The notes: generated by a model from the sequence alone, not told the origin. Shown: positions 21,711-32,348, counted from the first letter of the stretch. The stretch: 64,000 nt of DNA from an uncultured delta proteobacterium (GCA_963789265.1 CAWBKB010000001.1:1792001-1856000), one strand, 5' to 3'. Program-made: numbers and translations.

Positions 21711-22211
21711 CTACTCTCGGCCCCTTTCGGTCATAAACGGCTTTTGGGTCGCATTATTGATCGCTGCCCAACTGGTAGTAAATACGTCGACCACAGCCGT
21801 ACAAAAAGGAACGACAAACCACCACGGCAAGCCGGCTTTGCTGTTGATTAAATAACCAAAGGCTATACTAAATGTGATGGCTAAGGCATCAGTGACGGCA
21901 CTGTTGAATTGTAGGTTTCGAGACGTCGTCTCTCGGTTAAAGACCCAAAACAGGTCCCACAGCAGCCAGACGATTGACAATGTCATAAGTATGACCAGCG
22001 GCGGCCAGACACTGGGATCTATAGGCCATCGGCTGAATACCGACGTATTGAAAGCCGGGATGAATTGCCCGATTAGATACCCTATCCCAGCAAGTACTAA
22101 TGGGAAAAGCCAGTAAATACATCCGAGCAGCAGGCGCTCGAAACGAGATCTACCGGCGATAGCTGTATCCACCCTCTTTATTACGGCTGCCTTACTTTCT
22201 ATTGGAATCAT
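21711..22211 (-). CDS. Hypothetical membrane protein
   Basis: GGAGGG RBS; about four hydrophobic segments. Confidence 0.65.
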   Translation of the reverse strand: MIPIESKAAVIKRVDTAIAGRSRFERLLLGCIYWLFPLVLAGIGYLIGQFIPAFNTSVFSRWPIDPSVWPPLVILMTLSIVWLLWDLFWVFNRETTSRNLQFNSAVTDALAITFSIAFGYLINSKAGLPWWFVVPFCTAVVDVFTTSWAAINNATQKPFMTERGRE

Positions 22212-22552
22212 TCCACCCCTCCGATGTTACTCCGTGAATCTCAATTAATTGCATTGACGATGAATTGCTGCTTTTCCTGTTTCCGTATCGCGCCGCTTTC
22301 ACCCGGGGTCCCGAGAGAATGCCTTTGACTCTTATGTCCCGCCTGCCGAATCCCATAAGTTCCGCGATCCGAATTGTATAGCGGAGCCGACTTGAAATCA
22401 ATGCAGGCGAGTACAGCCGTGGAAGGGCGCCCAAGACGGGACAAATTGGGACACTACCAGATTCTTACGCCGATGTATTCTATGTGGTATGTTCTGATTA
22501 TGAGTCTCTCTCTTTTTTCCAAGTCGTTAACCGACTGAGCACAGGAGACCCC

Positions 22553-24955
22553 ATGAAGGACCGGGAGGAGACCGAAGAAGTCGCCACCAACGAATTGCTG
22601 GACCCCAGCCAAGTAGAAGCGTCGTTTGTCGCGCTCGAAAACCTGGAAGAAGCCTGCATCAAGAGCGAAAGAAAATACCGGACTCTCTTCGAAGAATCGA
22701 GAGACGGCGTGTACTCTGTTTTAAGAGAGGGAGCGATGACCGATGCTAACCCATCTTTCTTGCAACTTTTCGGCTATACAAAAGATGAGATGATCGGCAA
22801 GAACATTCGTGACCTCTGCGTTGATCCTGCCGAACACCCAAAGTTCCAAAATGAGATAGAGAAAAAGGGCTTCGTGAAAGATTATGAAATAAAGTTTCGG
22901 AAGAAAGATGGAACAGAGATGGACTGCCTGGTCACGTCCTCTGTGGAATTTGGAGATGATGCAAGAATTATTGGACACCGCGGAACCATACGAGACGTGA
23001 CCGACCAAAAGCGTGCGCAACTAGCGTTGAGGGAAAGTGAGGAAAGATACCGAGCCGTATTCGAAAACGTAAGCGTCGGCATCAACGAAGTTGACCCAAA
23101 CGGGAAATTCACGCAGGCGAATCCTGCTCTACTGAAAATGCTAGGCTATTCCGAAGAAGAATTTCGGCGGCTCGGTCCCCTGGACGTTACCCATCCCGAC
23201 GACCTGAAAGATTCCGAGCAACCGATCCATGCCTACTTGAGGGGTGAGCCAGGCCCGTGGAGAGTGGAGAAGCGTTATATCAGGAAAGACGGCGGCGTCC
23301 TCTGGGGGGATTTATCGGTTTCCACTATTCGGGACTTGGATGGCAAGCTCAAGGCCGCGGTGGCCGTGATTGCCGACATCACCGAAGCCAAGAAGGCTGA
23401 AGAAGCCCTTAGGGCGGGCGAGGAGAGACTGGAGCTTGCACTGAAAGGAGCGGATCTCGGCTTTTGGGATTGGGACCTCAAAACCGGCACAGCCGTGTTC
23501 AACGAACGTCACGCAGAGATGTCCGGGTACTCACCGGCCGAGTTCAAACCGACAGTTCGCGCCTGGAAGCATCAGGTTCATCCGGAGGATTGGCCGAAAG
23601 TCTCTGAAGCTCTAAACGCACATCTTGATGGACGCCTTCCCTTTTATGAGGCTGAGTATAGGGTCCGATGCAAGTCCGGTGAATGGAAATGGATTTTGGG
23701 GAGGGGAAAGGTCGTGTCACACGACGCTGCCGGCAATCCCTTGCGCATGACCGGGACCAGCCTGGACATTAATGAGCGTAAGACGGCGGAGCGAGAGAGA
23801 GAACGTTTGGCAGCTCAACTTCTTCAAGCCCAGAAGATGGAAGCCGTCGGCACTTTGGCCGGAGGTATTGCTCATGATTTCAACAACCTGCTTACCATTG
23901 TGCTAGGGTATTCCGATTTGCTTCTCGCGGCCAAAGATGGACGAGATCCGTCCTATGAAGATCTCAAGAAAATACATCAGGCAGCGCTCAACGGGGCCGA
24001 CTTGGTTAAGAAAATACTCGCTTTCAGCAGAAAGTCGGATACCAATCCCCGGCCCGTCAACCTGAACCGACAAATTGAGGAGGTTAACATACTGCTGAGT
24101 CGCACACTTCCGAAAATGATCAAGATCGAACTTGTCTTGTCCGATCCCTTGTCTATCGTCAGTGCGGATCCCACTCAAATGGAGCAGATCCTGCTGAACC
24201 TTGCGCTAAATGCCAAGGACGCCATGCCCGATGGCGGCAAACTGACTATTGCGACACGGAATGCTACTCTGGACGAGGAATACTGTAGGTTGAATGTTGG
24301 AGCCAAATCCGGTGATTATGTACTGGTTTCCGTCGCGGACACAGGTTGGGGCATGGACGAGGAGACTTTGAAGCATGTATTCGAGCCCTTTTATACGACC
24401 AAGGAGCTGGGCAGGGGAACAGGTCTGGGACTGGCTATGGTCTATGGCATTGTGCAGCAACATCACGGCCGTATTACGTGCGAAAGTATCCCTGGAGAGG
24501 GAACTACATTCAAAATCTACCTGCCGGCATTAGAACCCGGAACTGAATCCGCGGCCCCGCCTCAGGGCCTAAAGGCAGATCGCGGAACCGAGACCATTTT
24601 GCTGGTGGATGATGAAGAATTTGTCAGAGATCTGGGCAAAAGGATACTGGAGCTATCGGGCTACACTGTGCTCACCGCGGCCAATGGGAAAGCTGCGCTG
24701 GACCTTTACAGACAAAATGGTAACGAGATGTCTATGGTGATTCTTGATTTAATTATGCCGAAAATGGGCGGTAAAGAGTGTTTCCAGGAGTTATTGAAGA
24801 TCAATTCCAAAGTGAAGATCCTTATAGCCAGCGGCTATACCTCCGGTGGTACGCTCAAGAACGCCATTGACCTAGGTGCCGGAGGATTCATCAGGAAACC
24901 ATACGACATGAGGCAGATGCTTCGGGCAGTACGTGAAGTTTTGGATCGGCCCTGA
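22553..24955 (+). CDS. PAS-domain hybrid sensor histidine kinase/response regulator
   Basis: Three PAS domains, AHDFNNLL H-box, GTGLGL, receiver ILLVDDE; AGGAG RBS before 22553. Confidence 0.95.
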   Translation: MKDREETEEVATNELLDPSQVEASFVALENLEEACIKSERKYRTLFEESRDGVYSVLREGAMTDANPSFLQLFGYTKDEMIGKNIRDLCVDPAEHPKFQNEIEKKGFVKDYEIKFRKKDGTEMDCLVTSSVEFGDDARIIGHRGTIRDVTDQKRAQLALRESEERYRAVFENVSVGINEVDPNGKFTQANPALLKMLGYSEEEFRRLGPLDVTHPDDLKDSEQPIHAYLRGEPGPWRVEKRYIRKDGGVLWGDLSVSTIRDLDGKLKAAVAVIADITEAKKAEEALRAGEERLELALKGADLGFWDWDLKTGTAVFNERHAEMSGYSPAEFKPTVRAWKHQVHPEDWPKVSEALNAHLDGRLPFYEAEYRVRCKSGEWKWILGRGKVVSHDAAGNPLRMTGTSLDINERKTAERERERLAAQLLQAQKMEAVGTLAGGIAHDFNNLLTIVLGYSDLLLAAKDGRDPSYEDLKKIHQAALNGADLVKKILAFSRKSDTNPRPVNLNRQIEEVNILLSRTLPKMIKIELVLSDPLSIVSADPTQMEQILLNLALNAKDAMPDGGKLTIATRNATLDEEYCRLNVGAKSGDYVLVSVADTGWGMDEETLKHVFEPFYTTKELGRGTGLGLAMVYGIVQQHHGRITCESIPGEGTTFKIYLPALEPGTESAAPPQGLKADRGTETILLVDDEEFVRDLGKRILELSGYTVLTAANGKAALDLYRQNGNEMSMVILDLIMPKMGGKECFQELLKINSKVKILIASGYTSGGTLKNAIDLGAGGFIRKPYDMRQMLRAVREVLDRP

Positions 24956-24973
24956 TCCGAAATACGCTAATTT

Positions 24974-25160
24974 TAGAGCGACTCTCAAAAGTAATCACGG
25001 AAAAAGAAAATGACTTGGTGGCGACGCCCCGGCCGGAACGCGGGGTTGCCCGTCACTCCCAATAGACAGGCTGGAAGCCTGTCCCACCAGCAAAGGGTAG
25101 CTCCGCACCTCACGGCATTTCGTAACTTGGAATCCGTCAAAACTTTCGAGAACCACCTTA
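24974..25160. mobile_element. MITE family C with REP doublet
   Basis: Ends ...CTCTCAAAAGT / ACTTTCGAGAAC; near-identical left part inverted at 34170-34283. Confidence 0.75.
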
Positions 25161-25161
25161 G

Positions 25162-26592
25162 TTATCGGAAAATTGCGAGCGACAAGAAGGCCCCGCCGAT
25201 TACAATCCAGACGGTGTCGATCTTTACGAATCGTTGCACAAGGAAAGCGGCTGAAGCCATGAAGATGGTGGGTATGTCCACCAAGGTGGCCCCGGCCAGT
25301 TTAATGAGCACAATGATGAGTGTGCCAATGAAAGCGGCCACAATGCCTCCAATCGCCTGCCTGACGTAGCCGACCTGACCGGCTTTTGCGTACGGGGCGG
25401 CCACAATGGTCGTCATAGCCCAGGCCGGGAAATACATGTTCACGATTCCAACCAGTGCACCAGTCAGACCGGCCACTTTGTACCCGATAAACGTGCCGAT
25501 GATGGTCACTGGACCTGGCGTAATAAGGCTCAGGGCCAGAGCGACGCCAAACTGCTGATCGGTAAGCCAGCCAAACCGGCTGACTACGGCCTCCTGTATA
25601 AACGGAAGCATTGCGTACCCGCTGCCGAAGACCAATGCACCGATCCGAAGAAATTGACGGCCCATCTGCAATAGCTCGGGTCTGAAACTGATCAAAAGCA
25701 GATCCAGGGACAGAATCACCGACAGCCAGATAATGAGCCTGAAGATCTGCGTCCAACGCAGTGGTAAAGGCATACGGCTACAGGCAGAAACGCAATCTGA
25801 ATTTTGAACCGTCGCGCACTCCCGATCACTTACACCCCACAACTTTCTGACCTTCGCTAAGACGGCCCGCTGCACATTGGACTTGCCGGCAGCTCCGTCT
25901 GCGGATTCCATCTCGTCGGCAGAACTCGTAAGCAGGTTACGAGCCACCTTGCCTCTTTCCCACACGTCATCCCAACTGCCCATCCAGCGGGACAAATTTT
26001 CGAAGCGGCGGGACAGCAGAACTACGACTGTGCTTGCGATGCCTGCTACGATTAGGATTCGCATCACTCCCATCTGAAACCAGAAGACCATCAGGAAGCC
26101 CACAATAGCCATCAGCCAGTTGAAAATGCCCCGGACGCCCGATCTCCACAGATTGAGGATAGTGTTGAAAACCAAGCCGACGACAAGAGCTCCCAACCCA
26201 TGAAAAAGGCCGGAAATTACGGGCATTTCTCCATACTCGAGATAGAGATAGGAGAGCAGTAACATGAGCAGAAAGCATGGGATCAGAAAGAACGTCGTGG
26301 CCGTTGCCGCCCCTGGCAAGCCTCGCAACCGAAAACCCAGATAAGCCGTCAGGTTGACAGTAGGCGCACCAGGCATCAATTGTGCGAGTCCTAGTCCCTG
26401 CATGTATTCCTCGTCGGTAAACCACCTCCTCTTTTCGGTCATCCATTTCTTGGCTTCTCCGAGAGCGGCTAGGCTAAAGGACGCCAGCCCGATGCCCAGA
26501 AATGTACGAGCGATTTCCCACAGCGGAACTCGCTGGCCTTCGCGGACCGTGATCGAATCTTCAGCCTTGCCGGAAACATGCTCTCGAATCAT
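25162..26592 (-). CDS. chrA: Long-chain chromate ion transporter (CHR family)
   Basis: Two CHR halves: LAQLMPGAP...GFRLRG and FGSGYAMLP...ITPGPV. Confidence 0.92.
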   Translation of the reverse strand: MIREHVSGKAEDSITVREGQRVPLWEIARTFLGIGLASFSLAALGEAKKWMTEKRRWFTDEEYMQGLGLAQLMPGAPTVNLTAYLGFRLRGLPGAATATTFFLIPCFLLMLLLSYLYLEYGEMPVISGLFHGLGALVVGLVFNTILNLWRSGVRGIFNWLMAIVGFLMVFWFQMGVMRILIVAGIASTVVVLLSRRFENLSRWMGSWDDVWERGKVARNLLTSSADEMESADGAAGKSNVQRAVLAKVRKLWGVSDRECATVQNSDCVSACSRMPLPLRWTQIFRLIIWLSVILSLDLLLISFRPELLQMGRQFLRIGALVFGSGYAMLPFIQEAVVSRFGWLTDQQFGVALALSLITPGPVTIIGTFIGYKVAGLTGALVGIVNMYFPAWAMTTIVAAPYAKAGQVGYVRQAIGGIVAAFIGTLIIVLIKLAGATLVDIPTIFMASAAFLVQRFVKIDTVWIVIGGAFLSLAIFR

Positions 26593-26628
26593 CGGTTCCC
26601 TCTCCCATCTTATCTGCGATCCGGCCGG

Positions 26629-27117
26629 TTAGAGCTTTGGATCTTCGAACAATTCCCCTTTTTCTATGGACCCTTCCGCGATCAACACAGGGCGATGAGC
26701 TGTTTTGAGAACACTCCGGGCTATACTCCCCATGACCAGATGCTTGACACCGGTCCGGCCATGAGTTCCGGCAACGATCAAATCCGCCGACTCTTTCATT
26801 GCAAGAGACACGATCTCTTTGGCAGGCAAACCGATCCTGCAAAAGGTTTTCACTTCTTTTCCGCGTTGATCGCATTCTCTGGCCAAAGACTTCAGGCGAG
26901 CTTCCGCGGATTCCTTGGCCTGCAGCAGGAATCGGTCGAATTTCTCTAGCATGCTGGGCATCATCCAGTCCGCATCGTTGGGGAAGCCACTTGAATCAAC
27001 TACGTGGATGATAAGAAGCTCCGCTCCGAAGGCCTTCGCGTAATCGACGGCGATTTCGTGAGCGGCCTCGCTATTCTCCGAAAAGTCCGTGCAAAACAGG
27101 ATCTTCTTTGGGAGCAT
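26629..27117 (-). CDS. Universal stress protein
   Basis: KILFCTDFSENS, DLIVAGTHGRTG...MGSIA; AGGAGG RBS. Confidence 0.93.
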   Translation of the reverse strand: MLPKKILFCTDFSENSEAAHEIAVDYAKAFGAELLIIHVVDSSGFPNDADWMMPSMLEKFDRFLLQAKESAEARLKSLARECDQRGKEVKTFCRIGLPAKEIVSLAMKESADLIVAGTHGRTGVKHLVMGSIARSVLKTAHRPVLIAEGSIEKGELFEDPKL

Positions 27118-27185
27118 GACACGAACCTCCTTGTGAATCATGGCTGCTTAAAAGCATCTGAGGATGATTCATGGCTATTGACCTA

Positions 27186-27213
27186 TGACATGTTTTTATA
27201 TAAACTCGTGTCA
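27186..27213. promoter_or_regulatory. Candidate operator palindrome for the TunR-like regulator
   Basis: TGACATGTTTTTATATAAACTCGTGTCA, 22 of 28 positions self-complementary, between divergent genes. Confidence 0.65.
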
Positions 27214-27215
27214 AT

Positions 27216-27244
27216 ATGATGAGGGGCTTTCCAACTCTTGTCAA
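27216..27244 (-). promoter_or_regulatory. Putative sigma70 promoter of uspA-chrA
   Basis: TTGACA-17 nt-CATCAT on minus strand, directly upstream of the palindrome. Confidence 0.5.
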
Positions 27245-27336
27245 GCTTTTTTGCACACGCTTGGTCGCCGGAATCAGATGTGCTAATTGTCCCAAATGTG
27301 GAATGCTGTGAATCGTGATGCGGCTATAAGGAAACC

Positions 27337-28452
27337 ATGCCAAACGATAGGGGTAAAATCTTTGAATCGTCGAATCTCGCTGGTACTCAGTCAGAGTCCA
27401 AACTCTTGAACCCTGCCCGCATCTATGAAATCCCACGGGAATCCCGATGTCTCGACCCTACTGAATTGGCGAAGTTGGAGCAGTCCTTCCGCTCGTGGGC
27501 AGAGGATTCGCCGCGGCTGGACGTACGCGAATCCAGAAGACGTATTCTGTTGATCTTTCTGTTAATTCGTTACACCGGCGCGCGACTCAATGAAGTCTTG
27601 ACTCTGGATCTCGGCCGGAACATAGATATCATCAACAGGATTGTTCGGTACGGCGATGTCGAAGCCATTGAAAGCAGGTCCCTCCGCGAAGTGCAGATTT
27701 CATCTGAATTGACGTCCGAAATTCGGCAAACGATGAATGATCTCTCTGTCACGGCAAAAAGAGACTGGTTATTAAGAGTAGATCCGGCACATGTCAGGCG
27801 AAAGTTTTATGAGAGAGCCGCGGCCTGCGGTTTTGCAAAGGATCTCGGTTCCCCTAATGCTATTCGCCGTGCGCGGGCAATGGAGCTCATGCAAAACAAC
27901 ATGCCGTTGCCGGTGGTTCAAAGGGTTCTCGGCCATTCCACCCCTAATCTTACTGCATCCATGGTTACTTTTTCCAATGAAGACATTCACCAGGTAGAGC
28001 GACATTTCATTGAAAAGGAGAGTGCAAGGAAAACAAGCGCACGCAATACATTTTTCGGAAAAATCAGTACGATAAGGAAAGGTGATATTCAGTCCCAGGT
28101 CGAACTGGTCACCATGGGTGGAGATGTGGTGACCACCGTGATTACAAATAACAGCTTCGAAAGGCTGGGACTGAAACCAGGCTCACTGATTACGGCTGAG
28201 GTTAAGGCCCCGTGGGTCATAGTACAGAAATCTCAAAGCCGACCGTCATGCACCGCGGAAAATCTGTTTCAAGGGAAAGTGGCCTCTATACGTCGCGGCA
28301 GACTCACCACGGAATTCATTGTTCGTATTCCCGACGGAACCGAATTATGCTCGGTAGTGACCGAAGAGAGCAGGCGCAGGCTTAATCTCAAAGAAGGGGA
28401 TGATGTGTGGGTGATGTTCAACAGCTTTGGGGTGATCTTGCGTGTTGATTAG
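27337..28452 (+). CDS. TunR-family molybdate/tungstate-responsive regulator (tyrosine recombinase fold + two TOBE domains)
   Basis: YTGARLNE, NAIRR, VLGHS; then TSARNTFFGKI and second TOBE repeat. Confidence 0.85.
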   Translation: MPNDRGKIFESSNLAGTQSESKLLNPARIYEIPRESRCLDPTELAKLEQSFRSWAEDSPRLDVRESRRRILLIFLLIRYTGARLNEVLTLDLGRNIDIINRIVRYGDVEAIESRSLREVQISSELTSEIRQTMNDLSVTAKRDWLLRVDPAHVRRKFYERAAACGFAKDLGSPNAIRRARAMELMQNNMPLPVVQRVLGHSTPNLTASMVTFSNEDIHQVERHFIEKESARKTSARNTFFGKISTIRKGDIQSQVELVTMGGDVVTTVITNNSFERLGLKPGSLITAEVKAPWVIVQKSQSRPSCTAENLFQGKVASIRRGRLTTEFIVRIPDGTELCSVVTEESRRRLNLKEGDDVWVMFNSFGVILRVD

Positions 28453-28518
28453 AGCAAATTGGAGTGGCTCCCGAAAGAATTGTCGTCACACGCGGCGGCT
28501 GTAGCCATCAATTTGGAT

Positions 28519-28580
28519 TAGTGGGACAGGCTTTCAGCCTGTCAATTGGGAATGACGGGCAGGATGCCCGTCGCCACTAA
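28519..28580. repeat. REP doublet
   Basis: GACAGGCTTTCAGCCTGTC and GACGGGCAGGATGCCCGTC within TTAGTGG...CCACTAA. Confidence 0.75.
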
Positions 28581-28619
28581 GTTCTTTTTTTTGTATGTGG
28601 CAATCGTGCCCCAAATTCT

Positions 28620-29342
28620 TCACATGCCAATTCGATGTGAAGTTTTCGTGTGATTGGACCTCAAAGCCCCGTCTTCCATTTCCAGAATTCGGTCGAACAC
28701 ATCCAGGGCTCGGTGGTCGTGTGTGGCCACCAGAACCGTGGTGCCATTCTCGTGAGCCACGGAGCGAAAGAGTTCCATTACCTGCCGACCGCGGACGCTG
28801 TCCAGCGCTGCGGTGGGCTCGTCCGCGAGAAGCAGACGCGGCTTGTTCGCCAGGGCTCTGGCGATCGCCACCCGTTGCTGCTCACCTCCGGAGAGCATAT
28901 AGGGCAAATTATCTACTCGATGTTCGACCCCCAAATGCTCCAGCAATTCCAGGGCCCGGTTGCGAGCGGTCGCTGCTGAAACGTCGTTGATCTCCATAGA
29001 CAATTGCACGTTTTCAAGTGCGGTGAGAAATGGGATGAGATTGGCCTTTTGGAGAACATAACCGATATATTTTCGTCGGTATGACCTGAAGTCCACTTTC
29101 GCGATGGGACCGTCCATCACGACATCGTCTCCAATGATGAGCCGTCCCGCTGTCACCGTGTTGATCAGTCCGACAGCCGTGAGGAGCGTGGACTTGCCCG
29201 CGCCGCTCGGTCCTACAAGCGCTACGATTTCTCCACTCGCGAGGGAAAACGTCACATCCTTCATCGCGACAACTTCGGTGTTTCCGCTGCCATAAACCTT
29301 GGTGAGAGCCTGCGCGTCAATGGCGTGGGCTGAGCCGGTCAT
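28620..29342 (-). CDS. ABC transporter ATP-binding protein (MacB/LolD type)
   Basis: GPSGAGKST, LSGGEQQRVAIARAL, ADEPT. Confidence 0.95.
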   Translation of the reverse strand: MTGSAHAIDAQALTKVYGSGNTEVVAMKDVTFSLASGEIVALVGPSGAGKSTLLTAVGLINTVTAGRLIIGDDVVMDGPIAKVDFRSYRRKYIGYVLQKANLIPFLTALENVQLSMEINDVSAATARNRALELLEHLGVEHRVDNLPYMLSGGEQQRVAIARALANKPRLLLADEPTAALDSVRGRQVMELFRSVAHENGTTVLVATHDHRALDVFDRILEMEDGALRSNHTKTSHRIGM

Positions 29343-30559
29343 GACACGACCTCGTTCGGCTCTACCCGCATGGCCTTCCAGATCCCTAGTACGGAGGACA
29401 ACAGAGAAATGGCTGCCACGATCAGAGCAAGAAAAATTTGGTCATCTTGGATAAGCACCACTCTCCTGGGAAACAAAGGGTAGAGCCACTGCCCAAAGAA
29501 GATCGCAATAAGGTATCCCAGAAGTCCGAGAATGACAGCCTGCTGAAGGACCAGCCCCAGTATTACCGAATTACGGGCGCCGATGAGTTTGAGCATCGCT
29601 ATATCATGCAGTTTCTCCAGAGTCAGCGTATAGATGATTAGGGCCATGATGACTGCCGCCACACAGATTAGAATTGTACGAAAAAGACGAAGCTGACGAC
29701 GAGAGCGGTCGACCACTCCTGTGAGAAGCAATGCCTTTTGCTCATCCCTGGTTAGCACAGAGATATCAGGCCAACCTGAAAGTATTGAGCGAACAGAGGC
29801 AAGGTCCGCTCCAGGCTGCAATTGGACTATTACCGCGCTCACAGGTGGAGGGGCAATAGCGGGGAGATTGTCCGATGTGAGCTGAGCCCTCTCCTTTAAC
29901 ATTGGCACGATCTTGCTGAGATTTCCGAAATTTGTGCTGAGTACTCTCAAACTTCGTGCATTGCGTTCCAGGCGGATGGCCTCACCTGACTCGTCGTATT
30001 GGATGTCGTTGGAATCGAGGCGAGTGAAAAAGGCGAGGCCGTCGCCACCTATGCTGAACATTCCCTTAGTGAGCCCCACCACCGTGTAAGTGTTCTTGCC
30101 GAGATGTAACTTGTCCCCCAGTTGAAGTCCCAGAATTTGGTCTGCAATCATTTCATAATGTGCGGCCCCGAGTCGGCGCCCCGCAACAATGGGAAGCCAC
30201 TCACCCCTGTCCTCCGGCCATTCTAGCCCTTGAGCCTGCATTCGGAGAGGCTTATTGCGGAACTCGCGTTGAAGGGAGTAGGTCACAAAAGCATGGGCGC
30301 TGCGAACCCCGGGCACGGCCAACAACCGATCTTCGAGGTTCCTCGGCACACGGGAGATCTCTGCAAAAGGCCCTTTGGTTCCATGCTGGACGACCCAGAG
30401 ATCGGCCCCTATTCTGTCGACCAGCAGAGTGGCCTCTTCGATTAATCCGCGATAAATCCCCGACATCCCCATGACAATCATGAGGAGCATCCCGATCCCG
30501 ACGGTAGTCAGCGAGAAGCGCGAAATATTGTGACGGATATCTTTATATGCGAGATTCAT
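29339..30559 (-). CDS. ABC transporter permease (MacB/FtsX type)
   Basis: GADLWVVQ, LKLIGA, 1+3 TM layout. Confidence 0.92.
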   Translation of the reverse strand: MNLAYKDIRHNISRFSLTTVGIGMLLMIVMGMSGIYRGLIEEATLLVDRIGADLWVVQHGTKGPFAEISRVPRNLEDRLLAVPGVRSAHAFVTYSLQREFRNKPLRMQAQGLEWPEDRGEWLPIVAGRRLGAAHYEMIADQILGLQLGDKLHLGKNTYTVVGLTKGMFSIGGDGLAFFTRLDSNDIQYDESGEAIRLERNARSLRVLSTNFGNLSKIVPMLKERAQLTSDNLPAIAPPPVSAVIVQLQPGADLASVRSILSGWPDISVLTRDEQKALLLTGVVDRSRRQLRLFRTILICVAAVIMALIIYTLTLEKLHDIAMLKLIGARNSVILGLVLQQAVILGLLGYLIAIFFGQWLYPLFPRRVVLIQDDQIFLALIVAAISLLSSVLGIWKAMRVEPNEVVS

Positions 30560-31713
30560 CGGGCGGCTACCCTCTGTCCGTCAATTAATTGAGCAGTTTG
30601 AGGACCGATAAGCACCTTGTCACTTTTGGAAAGCCCTCGCGTGATCTCTACCTTATCGGGCCCTTGCAAGCCCAGTGTGAGCTCTTTCCATCGGGCGCGG
30701 CCATTGTCAACGACGTACGCGCCGGGCTTGCCATCGTGCCACAGGATCGCTTTAAGAGGGACGTTGATTACATTAGGTTTCCGCGCAGTCTCTATATAGA
30801 CCTCCGCCCTTTGGCCAACGCCCCAATTTGTGGGCAGTTCGTCTACGCCGCAGTCGACTCGAAATTCCCGGGTCTCACGGTCCACTTCATTTCCCAAGCG
30901 GGTTACCTTGCCGGGAAATTGCTTTTTCGGCTCGGACCGGAAGACCACTCTTGCCGGCTGTCCCGGCGCAAGCCCTGCCATCCGGTACTCGTCGACCCAG
31001 GCTGAAATCCACAGCTCACGCTTCGACACCAACAGAAAGATAGAGGAGCCGGGGACCACAATGTCTCCTACTTCTCGGTCCCGGCGGGCGATGAGTCCGT
31101 CAAAAGGGGCGGTGATACGAGTGTATGCAAGCCTTGCTTGCTGATATTTGAGACGCTCTTTTGTAGCAACTTCCTGGCGACGCGCCTCGGCAATGGCTGC
31201 CGTGGCCGCGGCCAATTCTGCTTTAGCCACCTCCAGGCTCTGCACCACCTTGTCCATCTGGTCCTGTGAAATACTTTTGGTCACCAAGAGCCCGGAATAA
31301 CGATCGTAGTCCAGACGGGCTTTTGCGACATTCGCCTTGGCTTTGTTCTCGTCGGCGATGGTACGTTGGACTGTCGCCTCCGCGGCCTTCACCACGGCTT
31401 CCTGGTTCGTCACTTCTCTCTTGATGTCCGAATCGTCAAGCCGTGCCAACAACTGGCCTTTTTTGACCCAATCATTTTGATCGACCAGGTACTCGACAAG
31501 TGATGCCTGGATCTGAGCGCTAACCGCGCCCTGGTAGTGTGCTTCCAGCGTCCCGGTTCCCATGACTTCTGCCACGACTTCGCCCGTATTCACCAGTTCT
31601 GTCCGGACGGACACCGGACTAAATTTGGTTTCGTACACTGCTGCCCCGACAATCACGATTATTATCGCCCACTTCCACCCTTTACGCATCAAGTTTGAAA
31701 TTGCTATGTTCAC
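30556..31713 (-). CDS. MacA/HlyD-type periplasmic adaptor
   Basis: VKKGQLLARLD, ITAPFDG, coiled coil. Confidence 0.92.
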   Translation of the reverse strand: MNIAISNLMRKGWKWAIIIVIVGAAVYETKFSPVSVRTELVNTGEVVAEVMGTGTLEAHYQGAVSAQIQASLVEYLVDQNDWVKKGQLLARLDDSDIKREVTNQEAVVKAAEATVQRTIADENKAKANVAKARLDYDRYSGLLVTKSISQDQMDKVVQSLEVAKAELAAATAAIAEARRQEVATKERLKYQQARLAYTRITAPFDGLIARRDREVGDIVVPGSSIFLLVSKRELWISAWVDEYRMAGLAPGQPARVVFRSEPKKQFPGKVTRLGNEVDRETREFRVDCGVDELPTNWGVGQRAEVYIETARKPNVINVPLKAILWHDGKPGAYVVDNGRARWKELTLGLQGPDKVEITRGLSKSDKVLIGPQTAQLIDGQRVAAR

Positions 31714-31858
31714 CTGCTTCCTTCCTTACATTACGAAGGTTGGCTCGGGTAGCTCGTGAAGACCGCTATCCCACGGAGGAAAAAGGCTCGGGTGCTGTTC
31801 ACTGAATGGGCTCGGTAGGAAACAAGACGGTGCTTCGAGCTGAGGTGGATAATTCACT

Positions 31859-32348
31859 TCAACGATCCCCCAAGACCCCTCTCGCAGGACAGCCACCGTG
31901 ACTGCGAGCCTGTTCCTCAAGATATGCCGCGAACTTAGGTTCTGGCTTCGGGTGGCAGAGACTCGGCAATCTTCATCAATGCTCCAACTGCTACCAATCG
32001 TAACTCACTTTGAATACGGGTGATTTTACCGACCTTGGTTTTCACGCCGTTTACATTTACGGGTACGCTGGAAATGAGATGTATGATCTCCGACCGCTTT
32101 GCATCAATCTGATGACTCAGCTTAACGAACTCGGGTTTCGAGCGGTTAATCTGCTCAAGAATCGGCTTTGTCTGCTCACGAGTCAGGCTCAAATCCTCTC
32201 GGAGAAACTTCTTCACCGGCTTCTGAGCCAGGGACATCTCTGTCGCTTGCGATTGACTCGTCCACCATGAGAAGGCTAGAGTGGCCGCAGCAGCCCCATT
32301 GAGAGCCAGCGAGAACGTGAGCAAGTATATGAGGGAGGTCCTTTTCAT
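31859..32348 (-). CDS. Spy/CpxP/ZraP-like periplasmic protein (probable frameshift near 31940)
   Basis: SLALN anchor, LSLTREQ; removing one base extends ...EAR into PKFAAYLEEQARSHGGCPARGVLGDR. Confidence 0.7.

Noticed and set aside
21329..21855. Several short ORFs upstream of tolC
   Set aside because: No family signal; partly antisense to a better gene
27337..28452. Phage integrase or integrative element
   Set aside because: Catalytic His and Tyr are replaced, TOBE domains are fused, and no att/tRNA or phage genes are adjacent
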